DNA of 64,000 bases. Source: Octopus vulgaris (lineage: Eukaryota). The stretch lies in assembly GCA_951406725.2 (NCBI GenBank), contig OX597818.1, positions 46,314,001-46,378,000 of the forward strand, in the 5' to 3' direction. Each line of letters starts with the position of its first letter. Positions within the stretch are counted from its first letter, which is position 1. The notes beneath the pieces are model-generated. The model was given only the letters and a program-made list of their open reading frames with translations, was not told the origin of the DNA and did no database searches. This document shows positions 26,612 through 40,217 of this stretch, in pieces. A program made the translations under genes and the position numbers.

Positions 26612-27064
26612 GTATGTATTCACTTATTTATTTTAAAGCTCTAAAATGATAATTATTTTCAGTAGTATGTTCTTGGTTCTTGGTTCATTAACTACAGAAA
26701 GATAAAAAAGGCAGATTTTATCTCTTATAACATTTGAATGAAAAGAAATGGAAAGACATCATCATCATCACAGTTTTTTAATGGCTATTTTTCCATAATT
26801 GCTTGAGTCAGATGGAGTTTATTGAGGCAGATTTTTCTATTGCTGGGTGCCTTTCCTGCCAACAACCCTTACCTGCTTCCATGCAAATCACTATTACCCC
26901 ATCAGTGGACAGGTTTATGCAGAATATTGGTAATGAATGATACCACTTTGTATGACAGTGACACAACTATCATGTGTTGTCAAGACAAGGCGACATAAAT
27001 GTATACATACTCTCTCTCTCTCTTTCTCATACACACACACACACAAACAAACAAACAAACAAAT

Positions 27065-27234
27065 ATAAATGACAAGGGAACAAGAAATGATGTAATGAAC
27101 TTCATTAGGTTACCACTGTTTCTATTATAAGGTGATACTCAAACACTCAACTATGAGTTCCTTGCATCTTGTAGCAGAAACAGCTGTAAGCTAATGAAGT
27201 TCATAACGTAATTTCTGGTTCTCTTGTCATTTAT
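27065..27234. repeat. Foldback inverted repeat, 59-bp arms, ~52-nt spacer
   Basis: Arms 27065-27123 and 27176-27234 match at 51/59 positions by manual comparison. Confidence 0.85.
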
Positions 27235-27869
27235 GTAATCTCTTATTACACTCTCTACTTGACTAATGCTTTTCTCTGAAGCATATGTATATTAACAGGG
27301 TTAAAGTAGAAGACACCCAAGACGTTACACAGTGGGACTGAACCTGAAACCATGCAGTTGGGAAGGAAACTTTTTAACCACACAGGGATGTCTACACCTA
27401 TATTGAATATTGCAAAGTATCAAGTTTGGTTCTCAAATGTCTTAGACATGTCTTGTAGAACCAGGAACTTTAAATAATCAAGTCTAAAAATATCAGAATA
27501 TCTTCTGCTACAAATCTATTAATAGTATTTTCACCATTGTTCAGTGTATCTTGTTTTTGTGTTTTGTTTCGTTGTTTTTGTTAAAATAGATTTTCTTTTC
27601 TTTGTTTTAGAAAGTAATGAATATTTGGTGTTAGTAGACACATCGTTAGTACACATCCATTTATTGTCTTTCGATCAATATTCAGCTTGTAAATTGATGG
27701 AGTTGGGTGGGTTGTTATATGGAATGTAATTTGAGTAGAATCTAATTTTACTGAATTTGTATGTAAGTGTACTTTAGCAGCGAACAATGTTTTTTGCTAT
27801 AAATAGTGTACACAGGAGCTTATTGTAGCTTTTACATTGTTAAGGAAGTCAAGCTGGATGGTAGCTGGT

Positions 27870-29770
27870 CATACGAATGTGATGAATGCCTAGGGTTCAT
27901 GACAATTCACAAAATAAGGAAGCTTCGAACTAGTGTCCAAGATCAGTTGTTATTTTAGCTGGGACACTGAAGCAAGCAATCCAGTTAGAAACGAAAGCTC
28001 AAGCAACTGACTCAGTGGAAATATCCTCTATTAGAATGGCTTCAGGCCAATGAGAGAAATGATCAACGCATGTCAATATGTAAGAGAAACCACGACTGAC
28101 AGACCATGGTTCAACCAGATCAATGTGGACATAGCAAAAGCAAGTCTCCAGCAGAGAAAACTGTCCAAGAAGAGCGTGAATGTGCCTGTGGACTTTAGAA
28201 TGCTGGCATTTCATACAAGAGCATGCCCAAGCGGTGATCATACGGCGCATATTAGGCCAGAAAAACCAAGTCATGATAAACTTCACTGAGGCATTGATGC
28301 CAGGATGTGACAGTGAATGCAAGGCGTCAAAAACAGAACGGTGGTTCTCAGGTACAAAAGGTCTGAGAGAACCAGTAGCAGTGTCACAAAGGATTGTGCC
28401 TTCAGCAGACAGAAGTGGAAGACAGGCAAACTTGAAACAGGACAGCATGGTGGAAGTTAGATTCAATGTGTCCAGAGCTGGCTGATCCTGAGCAGTGGCA
28501 GTTAAATCGATTGCAGCAGATGATAAAAGAGAACACACAGGGAGATAAGAGAGTGCATCAGCAGGTGCATTCTCTGTTCCAGGTATATACCAAATGTCAC
28601 TCATGAACTGGGAAATGTAGTCCAGGTGACGAAAAGCAGACGGTGAGTGTTTGTCAGATTTAGATGACAGAGCAAACATAAGAGGCTTGTGATCAGTATA
28701 AACCACAAAATCCCAGCCCTTGAGTTGATGTTGAAAATGACAAACCGACAGGTAGATCGCTAATAATTCACGATCAAACGTACTGTAACGATGTTCAGCT
28801 GGCTGTAATTGAGAAAGAAAAAGGTGCCAAAGGCCAAGCTTGATTGTCGACTGTATGTTGCAAAACAACACCAACCGCAGAATCCAATGCATCAACTGTT
28901 AAAGAGAGATGAGCATCAGGAACCGTATGTACAAGCAAAGGAACAGAAACTATTTCCTTCTTGGCTTAAAAGAAGATAATGCCTCAGCAGATAGAGTGAT
29001 AGGAGAATTTTGTTTTGTATTTGCTTTCAGTAGTTGAGTCAAGGGATGTAACTTGTTTGAACATTTAGGTATGAATCTCCTGTAGAAATTGACAATTCCC
29101 AAGAAGTGATGGAGTTGGCGTAAAGTAGTGGGAGGTGAGATGCATTGAATTGCACTGACTTTGGAGGAGAGAGGTTGGATACCATTAGAGTCAATATAAT
29201 GACCTAGGAATTCCAGAGAGGTCTGTCTGAAGACACACTTATTAGGGTTGATTCGCACATTGTAGGTGCGAAGACACTGAAAAAGTTGAGATAAGTGTTG
29301 GAGGTGATTTTCATGTGTGTTACTTGCTATGAGCAAATCATTGACATAAGTAAACACAAAGTCAAGTCCATGGATAATTTCGTCAATAAACATCTGGAAC
29401 ATGTTCATTGCATTCTGCAGACCAAAGCTCATAAACAGGAACTCGAAACTTCCAAAAGGAGTGGTAACAGCAGTTTTGAGAATGTCGTCAGGGTTCATTG
29501 GAATTTGATAATAAGCTCAGATGAGGTCAACCTTGGGAAAAATAGTACAATCATGCAAGTTTGAAGAAAAATCTTGGAGATCCCTTATAGGATAGCGATT
29601 GGGAACAGTGACCGCATTCAAACGTCTGTAATCCCCCACCAGGCGAAAGTCTGAATCCCCTTTCCGTGCCAAATGTAGAGGAGATGCCCAAGGGCTGGTG
29701 GAGGGGTGAATAAAGCTGAGTTAAAGCATATGCTCAAACTCAGATCGAGCCTTTTTGAGCTGATCAGAAA
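27870..29770 (-). mobile_element. Ty3/Gypsy LTR retrotransposon pol fragment (RT, RNase H, integrase), pseudogenised, in GDPD intron 6
   Basis: SPWASPLH, KTAVTTPFGSFEF, YVNDLL (decayed YxDD), YSTFDRELLAI, TDHKPL, HHCC zinc finger, HIDLV..YILTCVDHFS; no flanking LTRs seen. Confidence 0.92.
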
Positions 29771-30181
29771 TGCACATATTGTCAGCCACCAAGGGACATG
29801 CTCAGCTGGTTGAGGTCAAACGACTGACAAGCAAATCTGTGGTATTGAGCAGAATATTTGCTGTAGCCCATCTTTTATACCAAGACAAAACAATGTATGT
29901 GATAACACTTCCAATCAGTCAAGATCAGAAGCCACAAGAGCCACTGCCTGGTACTGCACCAGGGCATATTATTATTATTATTATTATTATCCCAATTTTT
30001 CTTTTTTTTCTTTTTCTGTTTCTTGTTTCCTTGCAATTAAATTGTGATAAATAAAGTTTACCAATATTTTAAAATTAGACAGTATTTTTTTTAACCAGAA
30101 ATCTCTCAATATGTTACTGTTGGATTATATTTAACCAAGTTTAAATTCAGTTCTTTCGTATTTTAAAAATGTTCTTGCAAG

Positions 30182-30264
30182 ATTGCACCTGAGAATACTT
30201 TAGTTGCATTCCAATTAGCTGTGAACCAAAGTGCCTATGGATTTGAGTCAGATGTACGAATAAG
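30182..30264 (+). CDS. GDPD5: GDPD exon 7: IAPENTLVAFQLAVNQSAYGFESDVRI(S)
   Basis: aag acceptor, AG|gtaaat donor; PENT motif and metal-binding ExD motif. Confidence 0.93.
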
Positions 30265-30536
30265 GTAAATTACATTGTTTTTTTACTTTTTGAAATATAA
30301 ATTCTGTAAGTTATTTCTCAGCTATGACCCATTCCTGATAACTGGTGATTCAGTTTTCTCTATTAGAAATATTTGTGGTTAAATAAGATGCAGTAATAGC
30401 TATGTGGTCAAGAAGTTCACTTCTCTGCATGGCAATTTGGGTGTCTTTTATTATAGTCCTAGATTAACCAATGATTTCTTAGTTAAATTGATACATGGAA
30501 TCAGTACAAAGTCTGTGTGTGTGTGTGTGTTTGTGT

Positions 30537-30574
<38 letters not shown>

Positions 30575-31856
30575 ACATTCTGCACTTGAATGAAAATATG
30601 CTGAGCCAGAGTCAATGTTGTCTGTTGTCAATTCCCTGTAAACAAATCATTTGGCAGCTATGCTTTCACAGACAAGTACAATGAAAACTCACTTTAAAAA
30701 CAGGTGAGAATTAGTGACAGAAAATGACTCTCTGTCACCATCCAGTTCCATTATTACCAATTTGGAATTGGGAGCTTGCATATAGTTGATTACAGAACCA
30801 TAGATACCATCCCCGTGGACACATTACAGTTACTCTCTAGATAGGAGCTTGGTGATCCTATTTCAAGAGTTATTGCTCTTCCACTACCACCACATCCAAC
30901 CCATCAACTGTCTACAAATGCATTGAAACATGCATTACCTACCTATTTTTCTGTCTTTGGTTGCATTGTTTTTGTAAATGTATTTGTATACAAAGCATTG
31001 TAACTTTCAGTGGTAGCTCTGAACTCTATAGAAAATCTGTAGAGATAAGATGAAAAATGAGAACATCACACTGTTAAAACAAAAAGCAAGATAGACTTTT
31101 GAACCTTTAATACACTCGGTAGAATATTATGGCTGCAAAATGAAATACAATGTCCTTGCTAGCCATTGATATTTACACACTGTTTGTAAATTGGTCTATC
31201 CAGTAGTGTTACACAGCTAAATTTAGTGGGTATTTAAGCAGTGTACTTGTGGATGGTTGGATGTGGTACTGATGAAAGAACAAGAACACTTGAAATATGC
31301 ATATACACTCATTACCTATTTTTCTGTCTTCAATCACATAGTTTACATATTCGTATACAAAATATCATAACTTTGAGTGCTGGCTCTGAAGCTCTGCACT
31401 CTATAAATAATCTGTACAGATAAGCTTATATTAAATGAGTAACAAAGATGTACAGGTGTCAATTCATTATGGCTGTTACAAGCGACTCCTTTAATTGATT
31501 AATGAAAACATTACATCATTCAAAAGAAACCATTCTTGTCAGGTGACCACATAGACTTCAAACATAAAGGATATATAACCATTTCCTTAATATATTCACA
31601 TTAATAACCAACCCAAAATATTTATATTGTTTCTTTTGACATAGCTGTAGCAGGATATCAGGAGTGGATATCATCACTTAGCTGGGTTGCATTGTCTGCA
31701 CATATGGCAGGAATCTCAGGTACAAACAACCCTGCATGGAGTCTTGATATTCAATATCCAATTGATATTGTTTGGGTGTGTGGATTATACCAACCTAGTA
31801 AGGTACCTCAATTTAAGTACCTAATTAAATGGAACCTTAATTACATGTATATATAT

Positions 31857-33146
31857 TAGCGGAAAAAGGGGATCTGCTCTTTCTCATTCACAAAATAAGC
31901 ACCCCTCTTAATTTTGCTAAGATTGCTTTCAATTTTGGTGTATCGATACAACTCTGAATTTTGATTGCAACCAACCAATTACTTTATCTCATAAATTAAA
32001 GAATATGATGTTAATTGGAATTAAAGTTGGGAAATTTGGGTAATTTTAGCCAATCAACAGACAGCATAGCATTAGTAGTGTGTTACCATGACAACCGCAC
32101 ACTGTGTTGTGGTTCACTGTTGTCTGTGTTGATTTTTTACACTTAGTATTTTTACATATTTTTCATTTCATATATTTTTGGGACTCATTGACTCAGATTG
32201 CTGGATTTATGATTTCACTAGGTTAATTCTATTCATAAAAGTTTTAATTAGAAGTATTTCTTAAACCGTTAGCTTCACATTTCAACAGCTTAACTTAGAT
32301 TTAGCACACGTTACAGGAACTGAGAGGGATATTGTGGAACAGAAACTGTGGGTGATGCAGATAATTTGACATTATTTTTTAATTCTGCAGGCAAAAAACA
32401 TATATGATACAGGTATTCTTTTCCTTGGGACAAATTCTTTGTTGACCAGTGTTATTCTTATCATAGTTTACAAATCCAAGCATGAAAACATTACTCAACT
32501 TCGGAGTTTTGGAGACAGACACCCTTTTTTCAAACACACACACACACCCCAACCCACACAAACCCCCTCCACACACAAACCCCAAAACCCACCCACACAT
32601 ACACGCATCACACATGCATGCACACACACACACACACACAGAGGCATGCACTTATATATATATATTAATGATGTACATAAATACATGGCAGGTATACATA
32701 ATACTGAAGTACGCATAAAGTAAACACATGCAGACAAATATATTAATATAACAAATTAAAAAAAATAATAAAATCATAAAATTAATGAAGAGACAAAAGA
32801 AACAGTAAGATGATACATGTTTATTTAGAAACCTACAATAAAATTAGGTATTTCTGTTTATTTAGAAACGTACAATGAACAAGTTAGATGCTAAACTACA
32901 AATTTCACAGGGTACAACCTTAAAGTTGACACCGCTCCGCTAAACACATTTCTGTCTTGCTATTGGCTAAAAATATCCAGTTTTTTCAATTTTTAAGCCC
33001 CTGTAACTTTTTTTCTCCACAACATCATACCTTCAAAACAATGAGACTGGAAGGCTACATTAGTATAGCCGATTTTCAGATTTTTTACCTCGTTTTAAAA
33101 AATACATACTTTGCTAATGAAAAAAACTAGATCCGAAAAAGGACTA
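31857..33146. mobile_element. Probable non-autonomous DNA transposon (Academ-like TAG...CTA ends, long imperfect inverted repeats)
   Basis: tagcggaaaaaggggatct...agatccgaaaaaggacta termini; imperfect inverted match between ~32020-32075 and ~32940-32998. Confidence 0.4.
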
Positions 33147-33375
33147 TATATATATATATAGTGGTGGTGGTGTGTGTGTGTGTGTGCATTTAGATGTCAT
33201 ATAGGTTTCCTACAGTTTCTGTGAACCAAACTTACACACATGGTATTAATTGGTCCAGCAATTGGTCCAGAAGATATTTCTCTAAGGTGCCACATGATGG
33301 TACCAAACCCAAATGACATGGTTGTGGAACAACCATACCTCCACCCTTAAACAACCTAAATAACTATTATCCATA

Positions 33376-33407
<32 letters not shown>

Positions 33408-33414
33408 GTTTAGT

Positions 33415-33725
33415 GAAGGCAGATGGCTTAGTGGTTAGGATATTTGGCTCATGATTGTAAGGCTGTGAGTTTGGTTTCTGGTTGACACATTGTGTCCTTG
33501 AGCAAGACACTTTATTTCACATTGCTCCAGTCCACTTGGTTAGCAAAAAATGAGTTGTACTTGTATTTCAAAGGGCCAGTTTTGCCACATTCTGTGTTAC
33601 TCTTAATCTCCCTGAGAGGTACATTAAGGGAACGTGTGTCTGTAGAGTGCTCATCCACTAGGCATGTTAATTCCATGAGCTGGCTGCTCTATTGAACAGA
33701 TCAATTGGGACCCTTGTAATCTAAA
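33415..33725 (+). mobile_element. tRNA-headed SINE family C with a CORE/V-like central motif (related copies ~18495-18730 and, minus strand, 39300-39480)
   Basis: ggcttagtggttagg head; gtgtccttgagcaagacactttatttcacattgctccagtccac central motif. Confidence 0.65.
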
Positions 33726-33805
33726 ATGTGTGTGATTAGAAGTGATAGTAAGGAAGTTTGACCACAGATAATCATTCATGTGTCATTTGAAATATTTTCT
33801 TACAG

Positions 33806-33956
33806 TTTAGATGGAATTCCGTTTATTTTACATGACAAAACATTACGACGGACAACCAATATTGAAGAAGTATATCCCGACCGAGTGGATGATGATGCTT
33901 CTACATTTACATTTGATGAATTGCGGAAACTCAATGCTGGAAGCTGGTTTTTGGAG
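33806..33956 (+). CDS. GDPD5: GDPD exon 8: (S)[50 protein letters not shown]
   Basis: ttacag acceptor, GAG|gtaagt donor; catalytic HD motif; lies within ORF 33780-34028. Confidence 0.95.
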
Positions 33957-34222
33957 GTAAGTTATCTAAGAGTATTTAAAGTTTCTTGTATGGACTTTAT
34001 TTTTGCAATAAGTTTGAATTATTTCTAAAACTTTCTGAAAATATTCATAAATATAGAAATACAAATTTCTCATGATTATCATCATCTTGGTTCTAACATC
34101 CACTTTTCCATGCTTGCATGGATTAGGAAGAGTTTATTGAAGCAGATTTTTTACAGCTGGATGCATTTTCTGTCACCAACTATGACCTGTTTCCTAGCAA
34201 TGTAATATTTACCCATGATTAA

Positions 34223-34420
34223 GGTGGTGAGCTGGCAGAAACATTAGCTTAGCAATATTTCATCTGTCTTTATGTTCTGAGTTCAAATTCCGCTGAGGTC
34301 GACTTTGCCTTTCATTCTTTCAGGGTCGATAAATTAAGTACTATTTGTGTAATAGGGTCGATCTTACTGACTGGCTCCCTCCTCAAAAATTTGGGGCTTG
34401 TGCCTAGAGTAGAAAAAAAA
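34223..34420 (+). mobile_element. SINE family B (GGCGGCGAGCTGGCAGAA head); further copies near 12664, 13369, 37999, 39807 and 56490 on + and 42405, 43700 and 43980 on -
   Basis: Head plus GAGTTCAAATTCC B box plus ttcatcctttcggggtcgataaattaagtac central domain, which resembles the Meta-SINE domain as I recall it. Confidence 0.8.
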
Positions 34421-35869
34421 ATTTCACCATGACCCCCGTGTCGGTGGCATGTAAAAGCACCATCCGTTCGTGTCCGTTGCCAGCCTCACCTGGCCCCCGT
34501 GCTGGTGACACATAAAAGCACCATCTGTTCGTGGCCGTTTGCCAGCTCTGTCTGGCACCTGTGCGGGTGGCACGTAAAAAGCACCCACTACACTCATGGA
34601 GTGGTTGGTGTTAGGAAGGGCATCCAACCGTAGAAACACTGCCAGATCTGACTGGGCCTGATGAAGCCTTCCAGCTTCACAGACCCCAGTTGAACCGTCC
34701 AACCCATGCTAGCATGGAAAACAGACGCTAAATGATGATGATGATGATGACCAGACATGTTTTAGTGGAATATTGGAAATGAATAACACTGCTTGTATGA
34801 CAGTGACATTCATTTACAACAGTGTTTCTTGGCCATTTTGTTTTTACTTATGGACCCCTTTGATCCCTATTTTACTCAATGGATCCTCCTAGTCATTTGA
34901 TGTTTAAAAAATCCTATTATATTTCTATAATTAAATATTAGTAGGAATTGTATAAAAATATTAACATACTTTGTGTATTGTAGAAGTATAACCAATTCAT
35001 TGCTCATAAATTTTAACAACAAAATCTTATATAGACCCTGGTTGAGATACACTGTGTGTATGTGTATATGTATGTATGTTTGAATACACACTCACACTCA
35101 CTCACACATATAAATAAATGAATAAATAAATAAATAAACTGATGCGGATTCTCAAAATCCAGTCTGTTAGTGGCACAGTGAAGATTTGTAAGACATTTCG
35201 AAGAATGTCCATTTGAGATTCTTTAGGTGAATAGATGCACACAACTGGGTGGGTGCATCAACAGCTCAACCAACATTCCAACTCAACCTCATATTTACAA
35301 ACACTGGGAACTCTTTTGACTAAAAAGTCTTGTTGCTTTGTTAGTGACCAGCTTGAACTCTTTTAAGAAGAAAATAAGGCTCAAAGAAGAATCATACACA
35401 CACAGTGAACAATAAAAATGAAAATGTAGGAGGAACAAATTTGAACAAACCCAATGTTAGCCTAATGCTTCATTGGAAAGAGAGAGTGTTGTAATGTTTT
35501 GGACATTAGTCCTTTATCAGAAGAAAAGAAAGGGAAAAGCATATATGGGAGTGAGAAAGAGATATATTCAATAAAAAGAAATAGGCAAAGGGTTAGAAAC
35601 CAAGTGGGAATGCTGTGATATTATAGGGGAGTTCAAAGAGAAGAGGTAGGTGTGTAGATGTAAGTATATTGAATGCATCCATGTCTGGAAACAAGCATAA
35701 AGGGGTAGCGGTGTGTGTGTGTGTGTGTGTGTATTAGTGTAGTGTATGTATATAGGGTTGTGCAAGTGGAAACATCATTGTAATTGATGATGAAAATCAT
35801 TCAGTGTCCCAAATGCTACATAACTCTATTGTACCAACTCAAATCCAGGAATTTTATATATTTCTACGT

Positions 35870-37212
35870 GATCATTGTAGGGCATGACATTTCCAATACC
35901 GTGTATTCCCTCCTTGGGCACTCAAAAACAGCTGTACACCATCAGTACATGGAGTACATGAGGCGGTTCACAAAAGCCATTGGCACCTGTGCTCATACCC
36001 TGAGGAAAGCTGCCTCCAGTTCCACACGTGTTGCCAGCCTTGGGACCACCTGGTTCAGCCATCTCTGGATTTCATCATACAGGTATTCAAATGGGTTCAA
36101 ATCTGGGTTGAGAGCCAGATACAGCATGGTTCTGATGTTGTACTGATGCAGGAAGTCCATGGTGAACTTGGCCATGTGGAAGGAGCATTGTCCTGCTGGA
36201 GCATGTGGCTATGGTGATATGTGAAGAAAGGCACGATGTAAGGTCTTAGGATCTGATCAACATAGCGCTGCGCTATGATGCCTTTCTCTCTGCCTGCACC
36301 AACATTTTGGAACACATGGGGCCCAATTCTCTGATTCAGGCCTATAGCACCCCAAACCACGATGCTTTGGTCACCCCATGCACCTGTTTCTCCATGACAT
36401 ATACGTTTCTATAGTGTTGACCCCCTCCTATGCCACACTATCACTCTGCCATTCGAGGTGGAAACACAGTACTGGCTCTCATCAAAGAAAACTACTGACC
36501 TCCATTGTTGATGCCGCCAATTTTCGTGCTGTGTAGCCTACTGTAGTCGTGCCTGATGGTGGGTGGGTGGTGAGGACAGGCCCTATGAGCAGGTCAATAG
36601 CTATGCAGATTGTTGGCAGCCAGTTGACGTACCATGTCATCGCTGATGGTCATTGTTCAGTGCCACTGGTATTGTGAGCTGTCATGCTGGCCAGTCTGAA
36701 GCGATCACAGAGGTATTGCAGGTGGATGAAGCAATCCTGCCTGGGTGTGGTTACCCAGGAGCACCCACTGTGGGCACGATTTGCAGTGCTGTTGGTGTTG
36801 TTGTATTGCTGTTGCAGGCGACAGATGGTTCTGACACAGACATTGTAAGCTTTTGCAACAACCAGGGCATGCTGTCCTGCTTGCAATCAGCTGATAGCTT
36901 GTTCTCTCTGCACTGCTGACAATCGGGTCATACCTGATGTGTCCAAATTACAAATGTTCAAGTTTATTTTTATCCCCATAACCTCCGCGAGATGCACATG
37001 CATTTCAGTTTTCATGACAGTTGTTTGCAACTGCCACCCATGGTATTTAATGTAGCTGCGTTTTGGTGTTTTGTTTCAAGGAAAGTTGAAAGGTTACCTG
37101 CAATTTGGGTCTCAGGCATAAACTAGCATGTCTTGGAAATAGATTTTCAGAATTTACCATATAAAAATGACATTTGAAAAATAATCGCATTTCTTTTGCA
37201 GTTTCGTGTATA
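35870..37212 (-). mobile_element. Tc1-like transposon, pseudogenised, in GDPD intron 8
   Basis: ATG at 36931 (MTRLSAVQREQAIS*LQAGQ...VTTPRQD), VWGAIG, LQQDNAP, NPDLNPFEYLYD; one TIR-like end cacgaaactgcaaaagaaatgcg at ~37210. Confidence 0.85.
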
Positions 37213-38329
37213 TTTACTAGACACCTTACAACATCTACTTGGTGGCTCTTTTTATTCATTTAAACCAGTTATATAATTAAATATTCTGCAGTTGCTTTCT
37301 CTGATAACTGATGATTAACCATGCTAAACTTATTGAAAAACACCATCTGGCACCTGTGCGGGTGGCACGTAAAAAGCACCCGCTACACTCGCGGAGTGGT
37401 TGGCGTTAGGAAGGGCATCCAGCCGTAGAAACACTGACAGATCAGACTGGGCCTGATGCAGCCTTCTGGCTTCACAGACCCCAGATGAACCGTCCAACCC
37501 ATGCTAGCATGGAAAACGGACGCTAAATGATGATGATGATGATGATGATGACTCACTTTCAGTTTTGATACCAGCAATTTGTTATACCACAGTCAAAGCA
37601 TGGTTAAAAATCAATACTTTCCCAGCTTAACAGCTAATAATAGAGTTCAGAAAAAGTGTGGATGGTATCTCGTGTCTCTGTTATATTGAATTTTGTGACT
37701 GGAGTACTGAGCCAGCAGAGTGTGTTATTTAACTTTACTTTAATCTTACTGAAAGATTTTTTTCCAGCATATTTGCTGTCTGTTCTAAATTCATATCATA
37801 TGTTCTGCACTATTTATGGTATGATATTCTTAATATTTAAACAGGCCATATCTGGCCCAAATATTCTACATCTTTTATGCTCAAACAGGCCAGATCCAGC
37901 CTCTCACATCTACCTTACAATGTCATATTTTTAAAAGTTGCAAAATAATGCACAATTAATTCAAATCAATGTAAATAAGCATTATATTTGACAGAATAAG
38001 GTGGTGAGCTGACAGAATCATTAGCATACTGGACGAAATGCTTAGCTACATTTCTTCAGGCTTTACATTCTGAGTTCAAATTATCATTTAGAATCTGAGT
38101 TTGTTTAGTAAAATGAGTCAACTGTGTCATTCATCCTTTTGGGGTTGATGAAATACTCAATCAGTTTACCATTGGGGTTAATTTAATCTAGTCCTGCCCC
38201 AACAAGATTTCAGGCCTTGTACCTTTAGTAGGAAGGACTGTATTTGGCAGTGTAATCTGAATGCTAACATGATTAAGTATTATCTATTTATTTTATAAAC
38301 AGAAACTATTTCTAAACCTGTGTGCATGT

Positions 38330-38391
<62 letters not shown>

Positions 38392-38599
38392 GTGTGTGTG
38401 AGCATGTGTGTGTGTGTGTTATGTGTGTGAGTATTTGTACATATGTGTATGTGTGGGTAGTTGTTATTTCCACTTCTTTATATGAGATTATCTAAACAAA
38501 ATAATTTTACTAAACAGATTCATATTTTATATGATAATTTTCTTTCTTAAGTTTTCCCTGCTGATCCTGTTTCCTTATATATATTTGTCTGCATATTAG

Positions 38600-38821
38600 G
38601 AAGATCCAATGGATGTTGTTGGATCTCTTACTGACAAAGCAAAGGAAATCTACAATAACCAAACCATTATGTCTTTGGAAGAATTGATTGACTTAGCAAA
38701 CTTGACAGGAAAGAATATTTTTATAGACGTACAAATCCCAGTCAAGGAAAATCCTTATTACCATACAGCTTATCAAAAAGCTGTTGACGTGATACTGAAC
38801 ACTGGAATTCTTCCTAAACAG
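38600..38821 (+). CDS. GDPD5: GDPD exon 9: EDPMDVVGSLTDKAKEIYNNQTIMSLEELIDLA...ENPYY...ILNTGILPKQ
   Basis: attag acceptor, CAG|gtagat donor, 74 codons; aligns to GDE2 DPF...NQSICSLAELLELA...HPY. Confidence 0.92.
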
Positions 38822-40068
38822 GTAGATTTTTTTTTTCGCTTTCTTATTACTTGCATCTGTATGAAATATGCTAGTTTTGACATGTCAATTAGTTTCTGTT
38901 ATTTATGTGTTGATAGATGACACAGTTTCCTTCTTTGTATGGAATGCTTTATGAACATTATTGATATCCTGAATAAAAGTTTGCACATAAAATTGAAAGT
39001 TCTAGCAATATTAGCATATTATATTTTCTAGTATACATGTTGAATTTTCAACCCAAAAGTTACAGCCAAAAAAAAAGGTCAACTTATACTGGACAACTTT
39101 TAAGGACCAAAAGTTCTATGCAAAATGTAGCAGGATTTGGAATGAAATGTTTACACTATGTGTTTACACAATATACAACATTAACTTTCGTACTGGAAAA
39201 TGATAGGCTCTCCTGCCAAAGATGATGTATGAATGTTCAGCTTTTTTGCTAAACAATCTGCACAGCTGATTTGTTTATAGTGATCTAATGTATGTGTTGT
39301 ACATTAGCTCACTCCTTCCAACAAATCAAGGCTCATGTCAGGTGTTGAAGTGATTACAGAACAACGTGAGATGAAGTGTTTTGCTCAAGACAACAACGCA
39401 CCACATGGTCTAAGAATTGAAACCTCACAATCTCACAATCCTGAATGTAACACCCTAACCAGTAGTCTATGTGCTCTCAGGCTGGAAAATACAGTAGTTA
39501 ATATTGCTAAAACTTATAACATGAATCTAGAGTGTTTTCCTTTAATGACATATTCTTCAAATTATTTATTTTCGTGTAAAATTTTTAGCAACTCTTCTAT
39601 TTTTGCCCCAAATCCTTTCTCTTTGACAAAGTATCTTTCCTTGAGGCAAGATTTGCATCTTGTGTTTCCTAACTTGTTTGTTTTCCAGGCTTCTATTCTA
39701 CTCAGATCTTTTAAACACAACTACTACATACAAAAAAATAAAAAGTATTTTATAAAGTGTCTATAATTGGTTTGTCCAATGTGTAGTTAATATAATCCCA
39801 ATTTAAGGTGGTGAGTTGGCAGAATCGTTTGCACGTCGGGCAAAATGCATAGCACTATTTTGTCCGCCTTTACATTCTGAGTTCAAATTCGCCAAGGTCG
39901 ACTTTGCCGTTCATCCTTTCAAGATGATAAAATAAGTACCAGTTGAGTTACTGTGATTGATCAAAATAAGTACTTGTTGAGTTACTGGCCTTGTAACAAA
40001 ATTTGAAACCAGTATTATCCCAACTAAGATTATGAATAACCTTTTGTCCTCTGTTTCACTTTAAATAG

Positions 40069-40217
40069 ATTTGGTGGTTCCCCAAAATCTATCATTCAAT
40101 AAATACCACCAATTTTACACAAACCGGGACAATTTATCAACCAGTTGAAGATCTCATAAAATTGCATATCTCTAATTTCAATGCTAGGTATGATACACTT
40201 AGTGAAGATGAAATCCT
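40069..40217 (+). CDS. GDPD5: GDPD exon 10: IWWFPKIYHSINTTNFTQTGTIYQPVEDLIKLHISNFNARYDTLSEDEI(L)
   Basis: aatag acceptor, CT|gtaagt donor; aligns to GDE2 VMWLP...FQQT...HIQRLNLRY. Confidence 0.88.
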
